NCBI GenBank assembly: GCA_050253075.1
Contig: JBFWJS010000002.1
Coordinates: forward strand, 352,001-416,000
DNA length: 64,000 nucleotides
Reading direction: 5' to 3'
Source: Deferribacterales bacterium
GTDB lineage: Bacteria; Chrysiogenota; Deferribacteres; Deferribacterales; Geovibrionaceae
Shown here one piece after another: positions 57,377-64,000 of the stretch. Position 1 is the stretch's first letter. Each line of letters starts with the position of its first letter. A program made the position numbers and the translations under genes. The notes under the pieces are model-generated. The model was not told the DNA's origin and searched no databases. It saw only the letters and a list, made by a program, of their open reading frames with translations.

Positions 57377-59788
57377 TTACTGAAGCAGCTGAAGAGCCAT
57401 TTGCGGAATCTGGTTAGCCTGTGCCAGCATCGAAATACCCGCTTGTGAAAGCATCTGGTATCTTGTGAATGTGGTCATTTCTTCGGCCATATCCAGGTCC
57501 CTGATCCTTGATTCAGAAGCTGTCATGTTCTCTTCTGCAGTTTCAAGGTTTACAATAGTGTGTTCAAGTCTGTTGATCTGAGCACCTATTGTAGCTCTGA
57601 TGCTTACCACCATGTCGATAGCAGCATCGATATCCGGGATAGCTCTCTGAGCCAGTTCCTGAGAAACGAGAGTTACATCGTCGAGTCCCAGACCTGTCAC
57701 GTCGAGCTGAGGGATGCTTACAGAGAGTGTTTGTCCTTCGTTTGCACCTATCTGCAGGTCAGTGGAGTTATCCACGATATGCAGGAAGTACTCGTCGTTA
57801 GCGGCGGCTTCGTTAGTAGTGAAGAAGATCTCCTGTGCGGAGCTGTTCCAGCTTTCTGTCACGCCTGCTCTGGAGTCGATAACGATCTCCACGCCGTCGA
57901 TAAGTCCGTACACTCTGTCGTTACCTGTTTCGTCTGTGCCGATCAGGTCGCCTGTGTGAGCATCATAAACCTCTACCTTAGTAGTATTATTTGTCGCTTC
58001 CTGAATTTCGTTCAGGGAGAGACCGTCTATGAGTCTCTGGTCACCGGAGAAAGCGATCTCGCCCTGCTCTCCTGTGAGCGCTGATTGAATGATGAAAGTA
58101 CCTTTAACTGTTCTGGAGCCTTCACTCTCAGGGTTTGAAACATAGTCTACAAGGTGGTTGTTAACGTTGTTGTTATCAGAGCCCATACCGAGGTCGTTCA
58201 CGAGTGCATCTGTCAGTTTTTCTTCAACGTCAGCAATAGTGTCGTCACCTTCGAGGTATATAGTAGCGCTTGTTCCGTTACCCCATATTGTGAGTTCCTG
58301 TTTGTTCTCGAAGAGACTGTTTCCGTCTGCATCGATAAACACTGAAAGGTCTTTCAGTTTTGTTGTAGTCGCAGCTGCCTCGCCTGATCCTGTGATCTGG
58401 AGAGAAAGGTCGCCTGTGAGGGTCAGACCTGATGTTGCAACTGTTGCGGATGTATTTTCTCTGAAGTTCAGAGTGATATTACCTATATCAATGTTACCTG
58501 TCTGCTCATTTATCGTAGCATGATAAATAGTTACATCGTTTGTATCGATGAAGTTATCACCATTATCATGCTGTGTGAGCGATTCCGCACTTGAGAAGAC
58601 GATCGTCGGTCCGTCCTGATCATCAGGACCGCCTGTGATCTGGATAGTACCGCCGCCTGAGCTTGTGAGTCCCGCTGTTACAGCAGCACCGGCAGGCATA
58701 GGAGAAATGTTGAAAAGTATCTTATCTCCTGAGTTGAGAGCGCCTGTTGCGATATCGATTGCAAAGCCGAAGTCGACGGCAACGCCATCTGTGTTTTTCA
58801 GATTTGTACCGAACTCTGTCGCTCCCGCTGTGAAAATACCTGTAGCACTAGCTGTGAGAGTAACCTCACCCCAGTCGCCTTTCTCACCTGTGAGGGCATT
58901 GATAAAGCGTACGCTTATGGTTGTGGTTGTACCTGCTGAAACATCATCCCCGTCGAAAGAGTCCTGAAATTCAAGCTCGATATAGCCAGGGATACTGCCT
59001 GTTGAAGCAGCTGTTACTGCAGAGTTAATGACGAAACCTGAACCAGCCTGCTGATACATACCTGTCACGCCTACATCTGCTGTTGATGCGGATGTTGTGT
59101 CACCTACTGTTACAGTGTAATAAGCTGTGCCTGTCGCATTCAGAGACTCAGGGTCAGTGATTGTCATGATGTTAGACTCGTTAGTATCTGTCTCAGTCAT
59201 GATCTCTGCACCGATAACACCTTCTTTAAGTGTCATGATGTCAGATTTGAATATCTGGTTCTGACCTGCTTCGGTTTCAAGTTTGATCTTGTAGTTACCT
59301 TCTGCGACGTTGTCGCGGATGATAGCTTCGACTTTGTCAGTACTGGCTGACCAAAGTGCTGTTCCGTCTCCGTTAAGGAGCTTCTTTGTGTTGAATTCTG
59401 TGGATGAGGAAATTCTGTCGATCTCATCCTTAAGCTGCTCTACTTCCTTTTGGATTTCCACACGGTCGTTAGAAGTGTAAGTACCGTTGGATGCCTGTAC
59501 CGCAAGCTCACGCATTCTGCTGAGCATTGTGTTAACTTCACCGAGAGCACCTTCTGCTGTTTGCAACATCGATATACCGTCTTGTGCGTTCATAGTCGCA
59601 CGTTGAAGACCGGCAATTTGACCTCTTAATTTTTCTGATATTGCAAGTCCAGAAGCATCATCTGCAGCGGAGTTAATGCGGAGCCCTGAAGAGAGCTTTT
59701 CGATAGATTTGGTAAGCTCGTTCTGAGATACACCAACATTACGTTGTGCATTCAGAGACATTACGTTTTGATAGATTCTTATAGCCAT
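57377..59788 (-). CDS. fliC: Flagellin (803 aa, large variable region)
   Basis: LSSGLRINSAADDASGL, LQIGAN, ASESRIRDLD, MLAQAN; start after AGGAGG. Confidence 0.97.
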   Translation of the reverse strand: MAIRIYQNVMSLNAQRNVGVSQNELTKSIEKLSSGLRINSAADDASGLAISEKLRGQIAGLQRATMNAQDGISMLQTAEGALGEVNTMLSRMRELAVQASNGTYTSNDRVEIQKEVEQLKDEIDRISSSTEFNTKKLLNGDGTALWSASTDKVEAIIRDNVAEGNYKIKLETEAGQNQIFKSDIMTLKEGVIGAEIMTETDTNESNIMTITDPESLNATGTAYYTVTVGDTTSASTADVGVTGMYQQAGSGFVINSAVTAASTGSIPGYIELEFQDSFDGDDVSAGTTTTISVRFINALTGEKGDWGEVTLTASATGIFTAGATEFGTNLKNTDGVAVDFGFAIDIATGALNSGDKILFNISPMPAGAAVTAGLTSSGGGTIQITGGPDDQDGPTIVFSSAESLTQHDNGDNFIDTNDVTIYHATINEQTGNIDIGNITLNFRENTSATVATSGLTLTGDLSLQITGSGEAAATTTKLKDLSVFIDADGNSLFENKQELTIWGNGTSATIYLEGDDTIADVEEKLTDALVNDLGMGSDNNNVNNHLVDYVSNPESEGSRTVKGTFIIQSALTGEQGEIAFSGDQRLIDGLSLNEIQEATNNTTKVEVYDAHTGDLIGTDETGNDRVYGLIDGVEIVIDSRAGVTESWNSSAQEIFFTTNEAAANDEYFLHIVDNSTDLQIGANEGQTLSVSIPQLDVTGLGLDDVTLVSQELAQRAIPDIDAAIDMVVSIRATIGAQINRLEHTIVNLETAEENMTASESRIRDLDMAEEMTTFTRYQMLSQAGISMLAQANQIPQMALQLLQ

Positions 59789-59820
59789 CTCTATCCTCCT
59801 TGATTCTTTCAATAGAGGTC

Positions 59821-59836
59821 TGCGCATCCTTGCGCA
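59821..59836 (-). promoter_or_regulatory. Candidate CsrA-binding hairpin in the flagellin leader
   Basis: Minus strand TGCGCA-AGGA-TGCGCA, with GGA in the loop. Confidence 0.65.
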
Positions 59837-59842
59837 TTTTTA

Positions 59843-59869
59843 AATTCGACCAAGAATTAGAAAACCTTA
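59843..59869 (-). promoter_or_regulatory. sigma28-like promoter of flagellin
   Basis: TAAG-N15-GTCGAATT on the minus strand. Confidence 0.65.
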
Positions 59870-59930
59870 AAGAAATTTTTTTACTTTTTTTAAAATTTCT
59901 TATAAGTGCTTCATATCAAACGTGAAAAAA

Positions 59931-60989
59931 TTATTTAAAAAATCTCATGATATCGTTGTAGAAAGCGAAAAACATGACAAAAAGCAGGATTGAGAGACCA
60001 ACCATGTTGGCATATTCACGTATTTTTATGCTCACGGGACGGCGTATTATCGCCTCGAGAGTAAAGAACATAAGATGCCCTCCGTCGAGCACGGGGATGG
60101 GCAGCAGATTGAGTATGCCGAGGTTTATACTGATGATGGCCATGAAGCTGAGGAAGCTGATAATGCCTGTCTCCGCTGAGTCCTTAGCCATCTTTACGAT
60201 CATTATAGGGCCGCCGAGACTGTCGGCAGGCACGACTTTCTGGAATATCTTTACCACACCCATGACCATCAGCTCAGACACTCTGTATGTCTGCTGTACG
60301 CCTTTATACAGCGCAGTGAAGGGGTTCAGCACACGGGAAGTCTCTGTCAGGTCGCCACGTTCAATGCCGATGCGTCCTATACTTATCTCTTCGCCGAATA
60401 CATTCTTATCCACCACCGCCTCAGGTGTCGCCTGTATATCCATTATACTGCCGTCACGGTCTATGGTGAATGTGATGGTCTCGCCAGGCTTTTCGCTGAT
60501 GTACGAGCTCATCTCGTCCCAGTACTTCATCTCTTTACCGTCGAGAGCCTTTATGATGTCCCCGTCCATGAGCCCTGCGGCCTGAGCGGGAGCGCCTTCG
60601 ACTATACCGCCGATGGATGCGAGAAAGCGTGGAGTGCCTATCATGAATATCGCCATATATATAAGGATAGCGAGCAGGAAGTTAAACAAAGGTCCTGCGA
60701 AAACTATCGCAAATCTTGCTTTCAAAGGTTTGTGCGAAAAGGATCTGTTCTTGAGGCTTTCCTCTATTTCAGCGTCGATTGATTCTCCGTACATTTTTAC
60801 AAATCCGCCGAGAGGTATGGCAGAGAGGGCGTATTCCGTCTCGCCCTTCTTTTTAGACCATATCACGGGTCCGAAGCCGATGGAGAACTTCTCCACCAGT
60901 ACGCCGTTCTTCTTTGCCAAGAGAAAATGTCCGAGTTCGTGTATGAATATCAATACTCCGAGGAGTACGATTGCTGAAATTATTCCCAT
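59931..60989 (-). CDS. rseP: RIP metalloprotease RseP
   Basis: HELGH, PDZ domain, NLLPIPVLDGG. Confidence 0.96.
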   Translation of the reverse strand: MGIISAIVLLGVLIFIHELGHFLLAKKNGVLVEKFSIGFGPVIWSKKKGETEYALSAIPLGGFVKMYGESIDAEIEESLKNRSFSHKPLKARFAIVFAGPLFNFLLAILIYMAIFMIGTPRFLASIGGIVEGAPAQAAGLMDGDIIKALDGKEMKYWDEMSSYISEKPGETITFTIDRDGSIMDIQATPEAVVDKNVFGEEISIGRIGIERGDLTETSRVLNPFTALYKGVQQTYRVSELMVMGVVKIFQKVVPADSLGGPIMIVKMAKDSAETGIISFLSFMAIISINLGILNLLPIPVLDGGHLMFFTLEAIIRRPVSIKIREYANMVGLSILLFVMFFAFYNDIMRFFK

Positions 60990-62120
60990 TTATAATCCTT
61001 TTGTAAATATAGCAAAAGATGCTTCCCTTGCCTTTATGTCTGTTTCTAGGACAGCTTCGACACAGCAAGGTTCATCAAAATCGCAAACATTAAGCGTTTC
61101 TTTTATCAGCTCCGGTATCGCCAGATACTTCAGCCCGCCTTTTATAAACGCTTCTACAGCCACTTCATTCGCGGCGTTCATAATTATCATAGGTGCAGCC
61201 TTATCATTTTTCAATACTTCCATAGCCGTTTTCAGGCAGAGGTATTTATCCAGATCCGGCTTTGAAAATGTGAGCATTCCCACTGCGCTCATGTCCAGAG
61301 GCTTCACCCCTGATTCTGTCCTTTCGGGGTATGCCATAGCATATGATATAGGTGTGCGCATGTCGGGGTCGCCCATCTGGGCTATCATGCTGCCGTCTCT
61401 GAATGTGACAAATGAATGCACCACAGACTGAGGATGTATCACCACGTCCAGCTTATCCGGCGGGGTATCAAAGAGGAATCTCGCCTCTATGAGCTCCAGC
61501 CCCTTATTCATCATAGTGGCACTGTCTACGGTGATCTTCGCCCCCATGCTCCAGTTCGGATGCTTTAAGGCTTCCGCCTTTGTGACATAGCCGAGAGCGT
61601 CCAGAGGAGTATTGCGGAAAGCTCCGCCGCTGGCAGTGAGGACTATCCTGTTAAGATGCTCCTTATTCTGCCCGTGCAGACACTGGAATATTGCGGAATG
61701 TTCCGAATCCACGGGAATGACCCTGCTCCCTGTCTCTTTCGCTTTGGAGAGTATCAGCGAGCCCGCAGCCACTATGGACTCCTTATTAGCCAGTGCGAGG
61801 TCTATCCCACGTTTCACTGTCTCGTATGCAGGCAGTATACCTGCGGCACCCACGGCAGCGAGAAGCACAAGGTCAAGCTCCTCTTCACGTATAAGTTTCA
61901 GCAGGCTGTCAAGACCGAGCAAAGCACCGTCTGTATGACAGTCGCCTGTTATACATATATATTTAGGACGGAATTCTTCCGCCTGTTCTTTCAGAAGGGT
62001 TATATTGCTGTTACAGCTGAGAAAGACAACTTCGTATCTGTCAGGATTCAGCCTGACCACATCGAGTGCCTGTGTACCTATGGAACCGGTAGAGCCTATG
62101 ATGCCTATCTTTTTAGGCAT
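60990..62120 (-). CDS. dxr: 1-deoxy-D-xylulose-5-phosphate reductoisomerase
   Basis: GSTGSIG, LANKES, PVDSEHSAIFQ, HPNWSMG. Confidence 0.97.
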   Translation of the reverse strand: MPKKIGIIGSTGSIGTQALDVVRLNPDRYEVVFLSCNSNITLLKEQAEEFRPKYICITGDCHTDGALLGLDSLLKLIREEELDLVLLAAVGAAGILPAYETVKRGIDLALANKESIVAAGSLILSKAKETGSRVIPVDSEHSAIFQCLHGQNKEHLNRIVLTASGGAFRNTPLDALGYVTKAEALKHPNWSMGAKITVDSATMMNKGLELIEARFLFDTPPDKLDVVIHPQSVVHSFVTFRDGSMIAQMGDPDMRTPISYAMAYPERTESGVKPLDMSAVGMLTFSKPDLDKYLCLKTAMEVLKNDKAAPMIIMNAANEVAVEAFIKGGLKYLAIPELIKETLNVCDFDEPCCVEAVLETDIKAREASFAIFTKGL

Positions 62121-62121
62121 G

Positions 62122-62928
62122 TCACTGCACCACGTATATTACATATAGGTACAGCGCAGGAGCGCCGAAAAGTAGTGAATCCACCCTGTCAAGGAATCCG
62201 CCGTGCCCGGGGATCATGGAGCCGCTGTCTTTGATGTCGGCTCTGCGTTTGAACATGGATTCCACAAGGTCGCCCACCATGCCCGCCGTCACCACGAGGA
62301 ATGATGCGAAGGCAGCATGATAAACTGATATCTCCTCCATGAGGAAATAACTGTATAAAACACCCGAAACAACACCGCCGATGTATGCGGCAAATGCCCC
62401 TTCGATGCTCTTTTTAGGGCTTATTTTTTCATATAGTCTGTGCTTTCCGTATCTGCACCCGAAGAAATAGGCGCATGTGTCGCTCATCCATATGATAGCG
62501 CAGAGGAGGAATATATAATGTACCCCCGTGTGGCGCAGAAGGATGATGAAGGAAAACATAAGCGGTGCGTAAAGCACTGTGAGCAGCGTAGAACCTATGA
62601 CGATGAAGGTGTCCTCCAGAGGAGCCCTGTCGAACAGCTTGAATATCATGGAAAGCCCCGCCGTCACCACAAGTGCAGCGGAAAAGATGCTCACGTCGCC
62701 GGTATATATACTGTATGGTAAGAGAACAGAGCCGAAAAACGCAGGGAAGTATAATATCTTTATCCCCGCATGCTCCAGCATGTTCATGAATTCTTTCGCA
62801 GATATGAGTATGACGGCAAGAACCGCCACGAAGAAGACTATATTGTCGAAGTAGATTATCAGCGCAGCAATGGGAGGTATGGCGATGAGAGCCGTAAGGA
62901 TTCTTTTATTACGCTCGCTCATCTTCAC
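62122..62928 (-). CDS. cdsA: Phosphatidate cytidylyltransferase
   Basis: [34 protein letters not shown]. Confidence 0.96.
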   Translation of the reverse strand: MKMSERNKRILTALIAIPPIAALIIYFDNIVFFVAVLAVILISAKEFMNMLEHAGIKILYFPAFFGSVLLPYSIYTGDVSIFSAALVVTAGLSMIFKLFDRAPLEDTFIVIGSTLLTVLYAPLMFSFIILLRHTGVHYIFLLCAIIWMSDTCAYFFGCRYGKHRLYEKISPKKSIEGAFAAYIGGVVSGVLYSYFLMEEISVYHAAFASFLVVTAGMVGDLVESMFKRRADIKDSGSMIPGHGGFLDRVDSLLFGAPALYLYVIYVVQ

Positions 62929-63649
62929 CCGTCACTTGCTCGTCTGTCATGCCGAATCTTCTGATGCGGCTGCTGTATTCGCTGAAAGCATCGTCCAGCA
63001 CGGCGGATGAAAAATCCGGCCAGAGGACATCTGTGAAATACAGCTCGCTGTATGCGGAGCGCCACAGCATGAAGTTACTTATGCGGATCTCTCCGCTGGT
63101 TCTTATCAGCAGGTCTATGTCCGGTATCTCAGGGTTATACATGAACTGACCGAATTCGTCCCGCTCTATCTTATCCAACTCTATCTCGCCCTGAATGGCG
63201 AGCTTTGCCATCTTGCGTGCGGCGTCGACTATCTCGCTTCTACCGCCGTAGGATATGGCGAGGTTAAGCACCATGCCGTCGTTCTTTTCGAGCTTGGCTA
63301 CGGATTCCTTAACCACATTCTGGATATGCTCAGGCAGAAGATGCGTTCTGCCGGATATCACAAGCCTGACATTGTTCTTATCAAGCTCTACGGTCTCCTG
63401 CTTAAGATAGCTCTCGAGCAGATTCATCAGAAAGCCGACCTCGTCCTTCGGACGCAGCCAGTTCTCCATTGAGAATGTATAGAGGGTCAGATAACCGACC
63501 CCCTTTTCCGAACAGTATTTAACAATATCACGAACAACCTCGGCACCCTTCTGATGACCGAAAACACGGGCAAGCCCCTGTTTTTTCGCCCATCGTCCGT
63601 TGCCGTCCATAATTATGGCGAGGTGTTCAGGTATACTTATTTCCTGCAC
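62909..63649 (-). CDS. uppS: Undecaprenyl diphosphate synthase
   Basis: [30 protein letters not shown]. Confidence 0.97.
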   Translation of the reverse strand: MQEISIPEHLAIIMDGNGRWAKKQGLARVFGHQKGAEVVRDIVKYCSEKGVGYLTLYTFSMENWLRPKDEVGFLMNLLESYLKQETVELDKNNVRLVISGRTHLLPEHIQNVVKESVAKLEKNDGMVLNLAISYGGRSEIVDAARKMAKLAIQGEIELDKIERDEFGQFMYNPEIPDIDLLIRTSGEIRISNFMLWRSAYSELYFTDVLWPDFSSAVLDDAFSEYSSRIRRFGMTDEQVTGEDERA

Positions 63650-64000
63650 TAGATCTCCATTACCTCTTTTTCTTTGATAGCGGTAATATCTTCGACTTTT
63701 TTTATGTAGTCGTTTGTGATGTTCTGGATATCGTCTACAAACTTTTTAGAGTCGTCTTCGGATATCTCTTTATCTTTTTCCAGTTTTTTGATCTTGTCAT
63801 TACCTTCACGGCGAAGGTTTCTGACAGCGACCTTGTTGTCCTCAGACATCTTTTTCACGAGCTTCACTATCTCCTTTCTGCGCTCTTCTGTGAGCTGAGG
63901 GATAGGGATGCGGATGATCTTACCGTCGTTGGACGGGTTGAATCCCATGTTTGAGTTCTGGATAGCTTTTTCTATAACACCTATCAGGCTGACGTCCCAA
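63649..64000 (-). CDS. frr: Ribosome recycling factor (5' end outside the window)
   Basis: NPSNDGKIIRIPIPQLTEERRKE..VAVRNLRR..KEKEVMEI. Confidence 0.96.
   Translation of the reverse strand, partial: WDVSLIGVIEKAIQNSNMGFNPSNDGKIIRIPIPQLTEERRKEIVKLVKKMSEDNKVAVRNLRREGNDKIKKLEKDKEISEDDSKKFVDDIQNITNDYIKKVEDITAIKEKEVMEI

Overview
This 64-kb window of bacterial chromosome comes from a flagellated anaerobic respirer. Gene content and style suggest Deferribacterales (inference only). Left part, 1-13 kb, is a respiratory region. It has a split-Soret-like cytochrome c / Tat 4Fe-4S / NrfD operon, ModE and LysR regulators, and a TtrA/SrdA-clade Tat molybdoenzyme with its Fe-S subunit but no membrane anchor. 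That reductase has a complete sigma54 promoter (enhancer boxes, IHF site, -24/-12) and is flanked by a PhnD-like binding protein, a histidine kinase and an NtrC-type regulator. From 13 to 24 kb is an AraC-controlled detoxification-type cluster with four copies of a 35-bp operator, interrupted by tetR/azoR and a stand-alone acetylene-hydratase-like Mo/W enzyme. From 24 to 26 kb is a tRNA-Pro(TGG) integration hotspot with an AT-rich ATPase-TOPRIM gene, a duplicated tRNA 3' end, and two terminators whose loops are complementary to the anticodon loop. The right part, 26-64 kb, is mostly core genes: recCBD, relA/spoT, recJ, rpmB, trmB, xthA, flagellin and rseP-dxr-cdsA-uppS-frr. It also holds MCPs, a diguanylate cyclase, a His-less kinase, a flagellar brake gene preceded by a highly structured leader, sigma28-like promoters and REP-like palindromes. 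No CRISPR array, rRNA, integrase, transposase or reverse transcriptase was seen. All assignments come from reading motifs; no database searches were run.
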